The notes beneath the pieces are model-generated. The model was not told the DNA's origin. It saw only the letters and a list, made by a program, of their open reading frames with translations, and searched no databases. From the NCBI RefSeq assembly GCF_040307845.1, contig NZ_JAWRIS010000012.1, forward strand, positions 11,927 to 75,926: a stretch of DNA of 64,000 bases, given 5' to 3'. The position numbers and the translations under genes are program-made. Positions 19,127 through 29,624 of this stretch are shown piece by piece (positions within the stretch are counted from its first letter, which is position 1; each line of letters opens with the position of its first letter). Source of the DNA: Proteiniphilum sp. (GTDB lineage Bacteria > Bacteroidota > Bacteroidia > Bacteroidales > Dysgonomonadaceae).

Positions 19127-20668
19127 ATGAAATCAAAAAGAACATTCCAAGTAGCACTGCTACTGCTTACCGTTAGTATATCTGTTTCGGCACAAAACCG
19201 GTTGATCATCGAGGCCGACCGTGGACAAAACACCATTAACAGGCATATCTACGGCCATTTCTCCGAACATCTGGGACGCTGTATTTACGGCGGCTATTGG
19301 GTAGGCGAAGAGTCATCTGTGCCCAACACCCGTGGTATCCGCAACGATGTGGTCCAGGCCTTGAAAGATATCAGCATTCCCAACCTGCGTTGGCCGGGCG
19401 GTTGCTTTGCCGATGAATATCACTGGATGGACGGTATCGGTCCGCGCGAAAATCGCCCTAAAATGATCAATACCCATTGGGGTGGCGTTGTGGAAGACAA
19501 CAGCTTTGGAACACATGAATTCCTTGACTTGTGCGAACAACTCAACGCGGAACCTTATATCAGCGGTAATGTGGGCAGTGGTACCGTAGAGGAAATGTCG
19601 AAGTGGATCGAATATATCACCTTCGACGGAGAAAGCCCAATGACCAATCTGCGGAAGCAGAACGGACGTGAAAAACCCTGGAAAGTGAAATTCTGGGGCG
19701 TCGGTAACGAGAGCTGGGGTTGCGGAGGTAATATGACTCCCGACTATTATTCCGACCTGTATCGCCATTATGCCACTTATTGCCGTAATTATGGCGACAA
19801 TCGCCTTTATAAAATTGCCTGTGGCGCCAATGAAGCGGACTATAACTGGACAGAGACTGTGATGAAAAACGCAGGCCGTCACATGCAGGGGTTGTCTCTG
19901 CATTACTACACTGTGCCCCGAAGCTGGAACGACAAAGGATCAGCTATCAATTTCGATGAAAAAGAATATTTCACCACTATCGAAAAAACATTGTTCATGG
20001 AAGAACTGGTCACCAAGCATTCTGCCATCATGGATCGCTACGACCCACAAAAAAGAGTGGGGATGATTATCGATGAATGGGGCACCTGGTATAATGTGGA
20101 GCCCGGCACCAACCCCGGGTTCCTTTACCAGCAAAACACCTTGCGCGATGCCATCGTGGCGGGTATCAATCTGAATATCTTCAACAACCACAGCGACCGG
20201 GTACAGATGGCCAATCTGGCACAGACGGTGAACGTGCTTCAGGCTGTGATACTTACCGACGAGGAGAAGATGATACTTACCCCTACCTATTGGGTGTTCC
20301 ATCTCTATAAGGTCCATCAGGATGCGACGCTTCTGCCTATCTCCTTTATCGGCAACAAGTACCGTCAAGGTGACAGGGAGATAGACGCGGTAAGCGTTTC
20401 CGCTTCGAAAGACGCCAGCGGTAAAATTCATATCACGCTGGTAAATGCCGACCCGAATAATGAACAACGCATCGCTACCCAGTTAGCCGGTGCATCGGTG
20501 AAGAAGGTGAGCGGCAAAATGGTCACTTCTGCCAAAATCAATGATTACAATAGCTTTGAACAACCGTCCAAGGTAACAGTGAGCGACTTCAAAGGGGCTT
20601 CACTTTCCAATGGCGCCCTTTCGATAGTCTTGCCTCCGAAGTCGGTGGTGATGGTTGAACTACAGTAA
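19127..20668 (+). CDS. abfA: GH51 alpha-L-arabinofuranosidase
   Basis: 513 aa. '[16 protein letters not shown]', '[14 protein letters not shown]', '[12 protein letters not shown]', 'IIDEWGTWY'. Confidence 0.92.
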   Translation: MKSKRTFQVALLLLTVSISVSAQNRLIIEADRGQNTINRHIYGHFSEHLGRCIYGGYWVGEESSVPNTRGIRNDVVQALKDISIPNLRWPGGCFADEYHWMDGIGPRENRPKMINTHWGGVVEDNSFGTHEFLDLCEQLNAEPYISGNVGSGTVEEMSKWIEYITFDGESPMTNLRKQNGREKPWKVKFWGVGNESWGCGGNMTPDYYSDLYRHYATYCRNYGDNRLYKIACGANEADYNWTETVMKNAGRHMQGLSLHYYTVPRSWNDKGSAINFDEKEYFTTIEKTLFMEELVTKHSAIMDRYDPQKRVGMIIDEWGTWYNVEPGTNPGFLYQQNTLRDAIVAGINLNIFNNHSDRVQMANLAQTVNVLQAVILTDEEKMILTPTYWVFHLYKVHQDATLLPISFIGNKYRQGDREIDAVSVSASKDASGKIHITLVNADPNNEQRIATQLAGASVKKVSGKMVTSAKINDYNSFEQPSKVTVSDFKGASLSNGALSIVLPPKSVVMVELQ

Positions 20669-20670
20669 TG

Positions 20671-20827
20671 TATACAACTAAAGACGAAGACATTTAGATA
20701 TTTTGTGGGGATCCATAGCTCGTAATGAGCGTAAAAAGAGTTGTTAGCGAAGCGACTTCAACTCTTTTAGCGAATACGAGTGACAATGGGTCACAAAATA
20801 TCGCCAGTCGGAGGATTTAGTTGTATA
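20671..20827. repeat. ~160-bp nested palindromic element, copy 1 (inverted relative to copies 2 and 3)
   Basis: 12-bp terminal inverted repeats TATACAACTAAA/TTTAGTTGTATA. Inner stems ATATTTTGTG (20698)/CACAAAATAT (20792) and AAAAGAGTTG (20734)/CAACTCTTTT (20759). Confidence 0.9.
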
Positions 20828-20878
20828 GATACCTTTCGTGAAACTTAAAGAAAATTCAATTTTCAATCACTTATTACA

Positions 20879-21568
20879 ATGAATATAGAAGAATTGAAAC
20901 AGCAGGTATTCCAGGCTAATCTGGATCTGGTGAAACACGGTCTGGTGATCTTTACCTGGGGAAATGTAAGCGGTATTGACCGGGAAAAAGGCTTGGTGGT
21001 GATCAAACCCTCCGGAGTGTCGTACGACGACATGAAAGCGGAAGATATGGTAGTCGTGGACCTGGAGGGCAATATGGTGGAAGGCAACCTGAAACCTTCG
21101 TCAGATACGCCTACCCATCTGGAATTATACAAAGCATTCTCTTCCATAGGCGGGATAGTACATACCCATTCAACCTACGCTACCGCATGGGCACAGGCGG
21201 GATGCGATATTCCCAACATCGGCACTACCCATGCCGATTACTTCAGCGGGGATATCCCCTGCACACGAGATATGACCGAAGCAGAGGTGAAAGGCGAGTA
21301 TGAAAAAGAGACCGGTACCGTCATTATCGAACGTTTCAGTGAACTCAATCCTGCCCATGTCCCCGGTGTGTTGGTGAAAAACCACGGTCCTTTCTCATGG
21401 GGAAAAGATCCGCATGAGGCAGTTCATAATGCCGTGGTAATGGAACAGGTGGCAAAAATGGCTTTCATCGCCTATCAGGTCAACCCGAACCTCACCATGA
21501 ACGATTTGCTCATCCAAAAGCATTTTTTCAGGAAACATGGTCCCGGCGCGTATTACGGACAGAAATAA
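20879..21568 (+). CDS. araD: L-ribulose-5-phosphate 4-epimerase
   Basis: 229 aa. 'FTWGNVSG', 'IKPSGV', 'PSSDTPTH', 'HTHS', 'GTTHADYF'. Confidence 0.96.
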   Translation: MNIEELKQQVFQANLDLVKHGLVIFTWGNVSGIDREKGLVVIKPSGVSYDDMKAEDMVVVDLEGNMVEGNLKPSSDTPTHLELYKAFSSIGGIVHTHSTYATAWAQAGCDIPNIGTTHADYFSGDIPCTRDMTEAEVKGEYEKETGTVIIERFSELNPAHVPGVLVKNHGPFSWGKDPHEAVHNAVVMEQVAKMAFIAYQVNPNLTMNDLLIQKHFFRKHGPGAYYGQK

Positions 21569-21576
21569 TGTTTCAG

Positions 21577-21604
21577 AATTAAAAATTAAAAATTAAGAAT
21601 TAAG
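21577..21604. repeat. Heptamer tandem array (AATTAAA)2(AATTAAG)2
   Basis: Direct reading of the araD-araA spacer. Confidence 0.75.
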
Positions 21605-21639
21605 AACTTATAATTTATAACTCATAAACGTTCAATATT

Positions 21640-23142
21640 ATGCAATTCAAAGATCAGGAAGTATGGTTTGTCACAGGAGCGCAACTCCTGTATGGAGGCG
21701 ATGCGGTAGTAACCGTAAACGCCCATTCGGAAGAAATGGTCAAGGGACTGAATGATGCGGGGCTGCTCCCCGTAAAGGTGGTTTATAAAGGAACGGCCAA
21801 TTCAGCGCCCGAAGTGGAAAAAGTATTCAAGGAAGCCAATACCGACGCGAAATGCATCGGTGTGATCACCTGGATGCACACCTTCTCTCCCGCCAAAATG
21901 TGGATCAGGGGGCTGATGAATTACAAAAAACCGTTGCTGCACCTGCATACCCAATTCAACAAGGAGATACCTTGGAACGAGATCGACATGGATTTCATGA
22001 ACCTGAACCAATCCGCGCACGGCGACCGTGAGTTCGGACATATCACAAGCCGTTTACGTATGCCCCGAAAAGTAGTGGTCGGGCATTGGAAGGAAGAGGA
22101 AACGCAGCAGAAAATCGCATCATGGATGCGTGTTTGTGCCGGCTGGGCAGATGCACAAGGGATGTTGATCATTCGTTTTGGCGATAATATGAACAATGTT
22201 GCCGTAACGGATGGTGATAAGGTAGAAGCGGAAATCCGTCTGGGATACCATGTCGACAATGCACCTATCGCCACATTGGTTCCGTATGTGGAAGCGGTTA
22301 CCGATGCTGAAATAGACGCACTTGTCGCTGAATATGGGCAACTCTACGATTTTGCTGAAGACTGTAAAAAAGGTGCAGAGAAACATCAGTTTGTGCGTGA
22401 TGCCGCAGCACAGGAAATAGGTTTGCGCCGTTTCCTCCAGGACAAGGGAGCCAAAGGCTTTACCACCAGCTTCAACGAGCTGGAAGGCATGAAACAGTTG
22501 ATGGGATTCGCTTCTCAACGTTTGATGGCCGAAGGTTACGGATTTGGCGCGGAAGGCGACTGGAAAACCGCAGCCCTTGTACGTACCATGTGGGTAATGG
22601 GTCAGGGGTTACCCGGTGGACAATCGTTCCTTGAAGATTACACCTTGAATTTCGATGGGGCAAACAGTGCCATACTGCAATCCCACATGCTGGAGATCAA
22701 TCCTGATATTACAGGAACAAAACCGCGCATTGAAGTCCACTTCCTTGGAATAGGCGATGCCCGCACCTGTGCCCGTCTGGTATTCCAGGCACATGAAGGC
22801 GAAGGGATAGCCGCCACCATCGTGGATATGGGCAACCGTTTCCGTATGATCGTCAATGAAGTAGAAGTAAAGAAACCCCAAGAGCTACCTAAATTACCGG
22901 TGGCCTGCGCTTTATGGAAACCAATGCCCGATCTGGAGATTGGAGCAGGTGCGTGGATACTGGCAGGAGGAACCCACCACACCAGTTTTTCTTTTTCGGT
23001 GACTACCGAGATGTTGGAAGATTACGCTGAAATTGCGGACATCGAATTGCTGATCATCGACAAGGATACCACTATCCGTAATTTCCGTCAGGAGCTACGC
23101 AATAACGAAGTCTATTATATGCTAAACAAAGCATTGAAATAA
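21640..23142 (+). CDS. araA: L-arabinose isomerase
   Basis: 500 aa. 'WFVTGAQLLYG', 'WMHTFSPAKMW', 'MNLNQSAHGDREFG', 'GFGAEGDWKTA', 'GGTHH'. Confidence 0.96.
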   Translation: MQFKDQEVWFVTGAQLLYGGDAVVTVNAHSEEMVKGLNDAGLLPVKVVYKGTANSAPEVEKVFKEANTDAKCIGVITWMHTFSPAKMWIRGLMNYKKPLLHLHTQFNKEIPWNEIDMDFMNLNQSAHGDREFGHITSRLRMPRKVVVGHWKEEETQQKIASWMRVCAGWADAQGMLIIRFGDNMNNVAVTDGDKVEAEIRLGYHVDNAPIATLVPYVEAVTDAEIDALVAEYGQLYDFAEDCKKGAEKHQFVRDAAAQEIGLRRFLQDKGAKGFTTSFNELEGMKQLMGFASQRLMAEGYGFGAEGDWKTAALVRTMWVMGQGLPGGQSFLEDYTLNFDGANSAILQSHMLEINPDITGTKPRIEVHFLGIGDARTCARLVFQAHEGEGIAATIVDMGNRFRMIVNEVEVKKPQELPKLPVACALWKPMPDLEIGAGAWILAGGTHHTSFSFSVTTEMLEDYAEIADIELLIIDKDTTIRNFRQELRNNEVYYMLNKALK

Positions 23143-23146
23143 TTAT

Positions 23147-23210
23147 CCAATGTGCCAATAAATCAATATGCCAATTAAGAGTACATGTATTCATTGGCAC
23201 ATTGGCATAT
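23147..23210. repeat. Octamer-based inverted repeat (hairpin) between araA and araB
   Basis: CCAATGTGCCAAT (23147-23159) / ATTGGCACATTGG (23193-23205); alternative arm ATATGCCAAT (23166-23175) / ATTGGCATAT (23201-23210). Confidence 0.75.
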
Positions 23211-23233
23211 TGCCATATTAATACATTGAAAAC

Positions 23234-24898
23234 ATGAAATACGTTATAGGATTAGATTACGGTACCGACTCATGTCGTGCCATAATCGCTGACGCGCTGA
23301 GCGGTAAAGAAATATCCACCGCCGTGAAATATTATCCGCGTTGGAAAGAAGGGAAATATTGTGATCCGAAAACCAACCGTTATCGCCAGCATCCGCTCGA
23401 CTATACCGAGGTGTTGGAAGAAAGCATCCGGGAAGCTTTGGCGAAAGCTCCCGCAGGAACAGCGGAAAGTGTGGTGGGGATGGCTTTCGATACCACAGGA
23501 TCCACTCCTGTGCTGATCGACAAAGACGGAAATCCATTGGCTTTACGGCCTGAGTTCGCCGAAAACCCCAATGCGATGTTCGTACTCTGGAAAGACCATA
23601 CATCCATCAGGGAAGCGGCTGAAATAAACGAACTGGCAAAGAAATGGGAAATCGATTATACCGCTTATGAAGGAGGGATCTATTCATCCGAATGGGTATG
23701 GGCCAAAATGCTGCATATCCTTCGTGAAGACGGGCAGATACGGAAAGCGGCCTATTCATGGGCTGAACACTGTGACTGGATGCCTGCCTTGATTACCGGG
23801 AATTCCAAACCCGAAACTATGCCGAGAAGTCGTTGTGCCGCAGGACATAAAGCGATGTGGCATACTTCGTGGGACGGTCTGCCTTCCGAAGAATTCCTCA
23901 CCACGCTGGATCCGCTGCTTGCCGGCTTCCGCTCCCGTTTGTATAGGGAAACCCACCCAAGCAATACAAAAGTGGGATATCTGACTCCCGAATGGGCTGA
24001 ACGGTTGGGGTTGACGACCAAAGTGGCCGTGGCCGTGGGCGCGTTCGACTGCCACATGGGCGCTGTGGGAGCACAAATCAAACCGGGGGATTTTGTACGG
24101 GTGATCGGTACATCTACCTGCGATATTATGGCTGTGCCTTATGAAGAGATCGGCGACAAGCTGATACCGGGCATCTGCGGACAGGTGGACGGTTCGGTGA
24201 TTCCCGGGATGATCGGACTGGAAGCCGGACAATCGGGCTTCGGTGATATTTACGCCTGGTTCAAACGGGTGTTGGAATGGCCCCTTACACAGCTCGTTTC
24301 GAAATCGAACCTGCTGGATATGGAAAACAAAGAGAAGCTGATTACGGAAATTACAGAAGCGATCATCCCAGAGCTAACGAAAGAAGCTGAAAAAATTCCG
24401 GTTAGAGAAAGTACCCTTATCGCCACCGACTGGATGAACGGACGTCGTACACCCGACGCCAACCAACTGCTGACCGGATCCATTTGCGGACTGACATTGG
24501 GAAGCACCGCCCCTCTAATTTTCAGGGCACTGGCAGAAGCTACGGCTTACGGTTCCAAAGCGATTGTCGACCGTTTTCAGGAAAGTGGAATCGAGATCAA
24601 GGAAGTGATCGGTATAGGCGGCATCTCGTTGAAATCGCCTTTCGTGATGCAAACATTATCCGATGTGCTAGGAATGCCGATCAAAGTGGCAAAGACCGAG
24701 CAGGCATGCGCCTTCGGAGCCGCCATGTTCGCTGCCGTCGTGGCAGGTGTGCATGAGAAAGTGGAGGATGCCCAGGATGCCATGGGGCAGGGATTTGCTT
24801 TTAAATACCATCCCAACGGCGAAAATCACGCTGCATACATGGAGTTATACAAGAAGTACCAACAGATTGGTGAATTCACAGAAAAAACAACTATCTAA
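23234..24898 (+). CDS. araB: Ribulokinase
   Basis: 554 aa FGGY kinase. 'IGLDYGTDSCRA', 'RQHPLDY', 'LWKDHT', 'YSSEWVWAK', 'DWMNGRRTP'. Confidence 0.93.
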   Translation: MKYVIGLDYGTDSCRAIIADALSGKEISTAVKYYPRWKEGKYCDPKTNRYRQHPLDYTEVLEESIREALAKAPAGTAESVVGMAFDTTGSTPVLIDKDGNPLALRPEFAENPNAMFVLWKDHTSIREAAEINELAKKWEIDYTAYEGGIYSSEWVWAKMLHILREDGQIRKAAYSWAEHCDWMPALITGNSKPETMPRSRCAAGHKAMWHTSWDGLPSEEFLTTLDPLLAGFRSRLYRETHPSNTKVGYLTPEWAERLGLTTKVAVAVGAFDCHMGAVGAQIKPGDFVRVIGTSTCDIMAVPYEEIGDKLIPGICGQVDGSVIPGMIGLEAGQSGFGDIYAWFKRVLEWPLTQLVSKSNLLDMENKEKLITEITEAIIPELTKEAEKIPVRESTLIATDWMNGRRTPDANQLLTGSICGLTLGSTAPLIFRALAEATAYGSKAIVDRFQESGIEIKEVIGIGGISLKSPFVMQTLSDVLGMPIKVAKTEQACAFGAAMFAAVVAGVHEKVEDAQDAMGQGFAFKYHPNGENHAAYMELYKKYQQIGEFTEKTTI

Positions 24899-24909
24899 AC
24901 AATCATTGT

Positions 24910-26655
24910 ATGAATTGGAATGCACATGAATTTATTTGGCTGGACTGGATAATTATCTTTGTTGGCGTTGCGGCCGTAGCATGGGCCGTATGGCGTTCCA
25001 TACAAAAAGATAAACGTTTGCAACAGGGTCCCGACAGTGAAGACTATCTGTTTGGAAAAGGAGAACCATGGTATATTATCGGCGCGGCGATCTTTGCTGC
25101 CAATATCGGTTCGGAACACCTGGTGGGACTTGCCGGCACCGGCGCAAAGGCAGGAGTAGGTATGGCCCACTGGGAAATGCAGGGATGGATGATACTCATC
25201 CTGGGGTGGCTTTTCGTGCCCTTCTACCAATTATTGAATATCAAGATGGGGAAAATCATTACCATGCCCGATTTCCTGAAATACCGCTATACGCCTGCCA
25301 CCGGCTCCTGGCTCTCTATCATCACGTTGATCGCTTACGTGCTGACCAAAGTGAGTGTCACGGCATTCACCGGCGGCATCTTTATGGAGAGTCTTCTCGG
25401 ACTACCTTTCTGGTACGGAGCGATCGGTTTGATTGTGTTGACAGGTATCTTTACCGTCCTGGGAGGCATGAAGGGAGTGATGACGCTGTCGGCGATTCAA
25501 ACACCTATACTAATCCTCGGCTCATTTCTTGTGTTATTTCTGGGATTATCGGCACTCGGAGGCGGCAGTATCGCCGAAGGGTGGACCGCAATGCTGGAGC
25601 ATGCCAAAACACTGAATGTGGGTGAGGATGGCGTTGCCTATGGTACCCACCATATGTTCCACTTCAACACGGGAGACCCGTTATATGATGATTATCCCGG
25701 GTTCTGGGTGTTTATCGGAGCATCCATCATCGGTTTCTGGTATTGGTGTACCGACCAGCATATCGTTCAACGTGTGTTGGGACAACGCAAAGGTGAATCA
25801 CCCGACGTGGTAATGAAACGCGCACGCAGAGGAACCATTGCTGCCGGTTACTTCAAGTTATTGCCGGTATTCATGTTTTTGATACCGGGTATGGTTGCCG
25901 CCGCATTGGCCGCCCGTCCCGAGAGCGGTTTCGCTTTGAACGATCCCGACACCGCCTTTGGCTCCATGGTGAAGTTTGTACTGCCTGCCGGAGTAAAGGG
26001 TATTGTCACCATCGGTTTTATATCGGCGCTGGTCGCATCCCTGGCGGCTTTCTTCAATTCCTGTGCCACGCTCTTTACAGAAGACTTCTACAAGCCGATG
26101 TTCAAAAACAAAAGTGAAGCCACTTATGTGCTGGTAGGCCGTGTCGCGACAATCGTGGTTGTGATCCTGGGTATTATCTGGATACCCATCATGATGAGCC
26201 TTGGCAGCCTCTACGATTATCTGCAAGGAATTCAATCGCTACTCGCTCCGGCGATGGTGGCTGTATTCGCACTCGGGATATTTTCCAAGAGGATCACTCC
26301 AAAAGCGGGTGAGGCCGGGATGATAGTAGGCTTTATCATCGGTATGATACGCCTGTTGACCAATATCTTTACCAATACAGGTAAAGATGTGATGACAGGA
26401 TGGTTCTGGGAAAACACCACATGGTTCTGGCAAACCAACTGGCTTATCTTCGAGGTGTGGCTGCTTGTCTTTATCATGGTGATGATGGTTATAGTATCCT
26501 TCTTCACTCCCAAGCCTACAGCCAAGCAGATTGAAGCCATCACCTTTACCGGCGATTACAAGGCGCTTATCAGAAAGAGCTGGAACAAATGGGATGTGAT
26601 CGCTTCCCTCGGCGTAGTGGCGCTTTGTGCATTGTTCTATATCTATTTCTGGTAA
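24910..26655 (+). CDS. Sodium:solute symporter, probable L-arabinose transporter
   Basis: 581 aa, multi-TM. SSS motifs 'FAANIGSEHLVGLAGTG', 'WYWCTDQHIVQRVL'; lies within the ara operon. Confidence 0.88.
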   Translation: MNWNAHEFIWLDWIIIFVGVAAVAWAVWRSIQKDKRLQQGPDSEDYLFGKGEPWYIIGAAIFAANIGSEHLVGLAGTGAKAGVGMAHWEMQGWMILILGWLFVPFYQLLNIKMGKIITMPDFLKYRYTPATGSWLSIITLIAYVLTKVSVTAFTGGIFMESLLGLPFWYGAIGLIVLTGIFTVLGGMKGVMTLSAIQTPILILGSFLVLFLGLSALGGGSIAEGWTAMLEHAKTLNVGEDGVAYGTHHMFHFNTGDPLYDDYPGFWVFIGASIIGFWYWCTDQHIVQRVLGQRKGESPDVVMKRARRGTIAAGYFKLLPVFMFLIPGMVAAALAARPESGFALNDPDTAFGSMVKFVLPAGVKGIVTIGFISALVASLAAFFNSCATLFTEDFYKPMFKNKSEATYVLVGRVATIVVVILGIIWIPIMMSLGSLYDYLQGIQSLLAPAMVAVFALGIFSKRITPKAGEAGMIVGFIIGMIRLLTNIFTNTGKDVMTGWFWENTTWFWQTNWLIFEVWLLVFIMVMMVIVSFFTPKPTAKQIEAITFTGDYKALIRKSWNKWDVIASLGVVALCALFYIYFW

Positions 26656-26682
26656 AATTATTTCTAATTTCTGAATTTGGAG

Positions 26683-26842
26683 TATATGCAACTAAAGCAT
26701 CCGACTGACGATATTTTGTGACCCATCTTAGATCGCTTTCACTAAAAGAGTAGAAGTCGCTTCGCTAACTACTCTTTTTACGCTCATAGCGATCCATGGG
26801 TCCCCACAAAATATCTAAAAGTCTCCGCTTTAGTTGCATATA
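26683..26842. repeat. ~160-bp nested palindromic element, copy 2
   Basis: Perfect 16-bp terminal inverted repeats TATATGCAACTAAAGC / GCTTTAGTTGCATATA. Inner ATATTTTGTG..CACAAAATAT and AAAAGAGTAG..CTACTCTTTT stems. Aligns end to end with the reverse complement of copy 1. Confidence 0.92.
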
Positions 26843-26881
26843 TAATTTAAGAAAATCAAATTATTTATAAACTATTGTGCA

Positions 26882-29503
26882 ATGATGGCAATTGAGAAAA
26901 AAAGTAAAGTAGTGAAAATATTTTTTTCCCTGACCATACTCATATTCAATACTCTTTTCCTAAAAGCCAATGAACCCGATTCGGCCTATCTTTTCGCCTA
27001 TGGGGATGAAAACGGAGGTGGTTTGCATTTTGCATGGAGTATCGACCAGGAGAACTGGCATGCTATCGGCAATAATCACCCCTTTCTGAGATCCGACTAC
27101 GGCAGGTGGGGATCGCAAAAAAAAATGTACGATCCATTCCTGCTCCGGGCACCTGATGGACAATGGCACTCGGTCTGGAGCCTGAACAATGAGGATGGAG
27201 CCATCGCCCATGCCGTCTCTTCCGACCTGGTATATTGGAAGCCGCAATCTTATCCGGTATTAATGCCGCATGGGAACTGCCTGAGACCAGAGATTTCTTA
27301 TAATTCTCAGAAAAAAGAATTCTGTATCCTCTGGTTCAGCGATAAAGCCGATCAGGGACTGTTTCATAGTTTTACCGGCGATTTCAAGCATTATTCACCT
27401 GCGGTAAAAAAAGATCAATACAAAAGTGACGGAAAGAATGTTTCCTCCGGCAGAATAGATGTTCCCATCGCGGGGAAGAGTCAGACCGGTACGCTCCATC
27501 GTGTCTCATGGACTGTCATCGACGGTCTTATCCAGGCGCAAAGGACGGCCGCTTATAAGCAGATGCTGAATGCGGAAAGAGTGGAGATAGATCCCGGCCA
27601 GTTCAAGGAACCCGTCACTATTTCCATTACACCGGACATCCAAAGAAAGAAATCGATCAGTGACCTGTTGATCGGTATCTTCTATGAGGATATTAACTAT
27701 GGGGCCGACGGAGGTTTATATGCCGAACTGATTCAAAACCGTGGTTTCGAATATGCCTTGAGTGATAAGGAAGGCCGGGATAAGAATTGGAACAATCGTA
27801 CCGCCTGGTCAGTAATCAATGCGGACACTTTTTTAATCGATACAGTCTCCCCTATCCACGCCAACAATAGGCATTATGCTGTCTTACAGATTGAGAAAAC
27901 CGGAACGGCACTCGTTAATGAAGGATTTAACGGCATTTCGGTGAAGGCAGGAGAAAAATATGATCTCTCCCTGTTTGCCCGCAGTCCCGAGAAAACAAAA
28001 GGCCGGATTGTAGTACGGCTTACCGGAAAAAACGGGGAAATATATGGTGAAGCCACTACACCTGTAATCGGTACTGAATGGAAGAAACAGGAAGCCGTGA
28101 TTACGGCAACCCGTACCGCAGACGACGCCCGCCTCGAAGTGATACCGCAACAGACAGGCCGGGTGGACCTGGATATGGTCTCCCTTTTCCCGCAGAAAAC
28201 ATTCAAAGGTCGCAAAAACGGGTTAAGGGCCGATCTGGCGGAAGCGCTGGCCAACCTGAAACCCCGCTTCATGCGTTTCCCGGGTGGGTGCGTGGCGCAT
28301 GGCGACGGAATCGGAAATATCTACCGTTGGGAGAATACCATCGGGCCGTTGGAAGCACGGAAACCGCAACGTAATCTCTGGGGATATCATCAGTCGTTCG
28401 GACTGGGTTATTTTGAATATTTCCAGTTCTGCGAAGATATCGGCGCCGAACCCATCCCGGTGGTAGCAGCCGGCGTTCCCTGCCAGAACTCCGCACACCA
28501 CGGATGTATGATCGGCGGGCAGCAAGGCGGCATTCCTTTGGAAGGGATGGATGAATATATCCAATCTGTTCTTAACCTGATCGAATATGCCAACGGCGAT
28601 GCAAAATCGGAATGGGGTCGGAAAAGGGCAGAAGTAGGTCATCCCAAGCCTTTCAACCTGAAATATATCGGCGTAGGGAATGAAGATCTGATCTCTGATG
28701 TGTTTGTGGAGAGGTTTACAATGATATACAATGCCATAAAGGCTCAATATCCGGAAATAACCGTGATCGGCACAGCCGGTCCCTTTAGCGAAGGGTCGGA
28801 TTATGTGGAAGGCTGGAATCTGGCTACCGAACTGGGTGTTACCCTGATCGACGAACATTATTACCAGCCGCCCGGATGGTATCTTAACAATCAGGATTAT
28901 TACGACAGGTACGACCGCTCGAAAGCCAAAGTCTATCTGGGAGAGTACGCGACACATGTCCCGGGCCGACATAACAACCTTGAAACGGCACTCTGCGAAG
29001 CATTGCACCTGATCAATATTGAACGGAACGGAGATATAGTGGAGATGACCTCCTATGCTCCATTGCTGGCAAAAGAAGGATTCACGCAATGGAATCCCGA
29101 TCTCATCTATTTCAACAACACGGAGGTGAAACTGACCGTCGGCTATTATGTGCAGAAATTGTTCGGACACCATTCCGGAAATGAATACATACCCGGTAAT
29201 ATCGACTGTTCGGATAATCGGGAAGATATCAGAAAACGGGTTGCGTCTTCTTTTGTAATAGATACCCGGACCAATGATTTGATCATCAAACTGGTGAATT
29301 TATTGCCTGTCCCCATTTCTTCTTCCATCGACCTGTCGGACATAAAGATAGCCGACAGCCAGTCACACTTGACAGTAATGAAAGGTAAACCGGACGATAA
29401 AACTGTCAGACCCGAAGAATCAAAACTGAACGTTTCCGGGCAACTCGAATATGAATTGCCGGCTTATTCTTTTTCGATAATTCGTATAAAGACGAATATA
29501 TAG
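26882..29503 (+). CDS. GH51 alpha-L-arabinofuranosidase with N-terminal GH43-like propeller segment and carbohydrate-binding-like domain
   Basis: 873 aa. 'GIFYEDINYGADGGLYAELIQNRGFE', 'MRFPGGCVAHG', 'IGVGNED', 'DEHYY', 'YLGEYA'; N-terminal 'AYLFAY...MYDPFL'. Confidence 0.88.
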   Translation: MMAIEKKSKVVKIFFSLTILIFNTLFLKANEPDSAYLFAYGDENGGGLHFAWSIDQENWHAIGNNHPFLRSDYGRWGSQKKMYDPFLLRAPDGQWHSVWSLNNEDGAIAHAVSSDLVYWKPQSYPVLMPHGNCLRPEISYNSQKKEFCILWFSDKADQGLFHSFTGDFKHYSPAVKKDQYKSDGKNVSSGRIDVPIAGKSQTGTLHRVSWTVIDGLIQAQRTAAYKQMLNAERVEIDPGQFKEPVTISITPDIQRKKSISDLLIGIFYEDINYGADGGLYAELIQNRGFEYALSDKEGRDKNWNNRTAWSVINADTFLIDTVSPIHANNRHYAVLQIEKTGTALVNEGFNGISVKAGEKYDLSLFARSPEKTKGRIVVRLTGKNGEIYGEATTPVIGTEWKKQEAVITATRTADDARLEVIPQQTGRVDLDMVSLFPQKTFKGRKNGLRADLAEALANLKPRFMRFPGGCVAHGDGIGNIYRWENTIGPLEARKPQRNLWGYHQSFGLGYFEYFQFCEDIGAEPIPVVAAGVPCQNSAHHGCMIGGQQGGIPLEGMDEYIQSVLNLIEYANGDAKSEWGRKRAEVGHPKPFNLKYIGVGNEDLISDVFVERFTMIYNAIKAQYPEITVIGTAGPFSEGSDYVEGWNLATELGVTLIDEHYYQPPGWYLNNQDYYDRYDRSKAKVYLGEYATHVPGRHNNLETALCEALHLINIERNGDIVEMTSYAPLLAKEGFTQWNPDLIYFNNTEVKLTVGYYVQKLFGHHSGNEYIPGNIDCSDNREDIRKRVASSFVIDTRTNDLIIKLVNLLPVPISSSIDLSDIKIADSQSHLTVMKGKPDDKTVRPEESKLNVSGQLEYELPAYSFSIIRIKTNI

Positions 29504-29624
29504 ATTATCAAACAGAAATGTATTTCTTGCCGATAAAAGATAAATCATTGAATGACTAATTTGTTACTCATATCTGCAAGATTTTTCTACCGTCTGCATC
29601 CTCAATTAATTATAACTTTGTAAT

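Noticed and set aside
26807-26820. TTTTAGATATT inside the palindromic element resembles an operator family-A half-site
   Set aside because: Single half-site with no partner at 21 bp and no adjacent -7 box; likely coincidence in AT-rich sequence.
28223-29173. 316-aa minus-strand ORF
   Set aside because: Antisense shadow of GH51; no motifs. The same applies to the other short ORFs nested in called genes.
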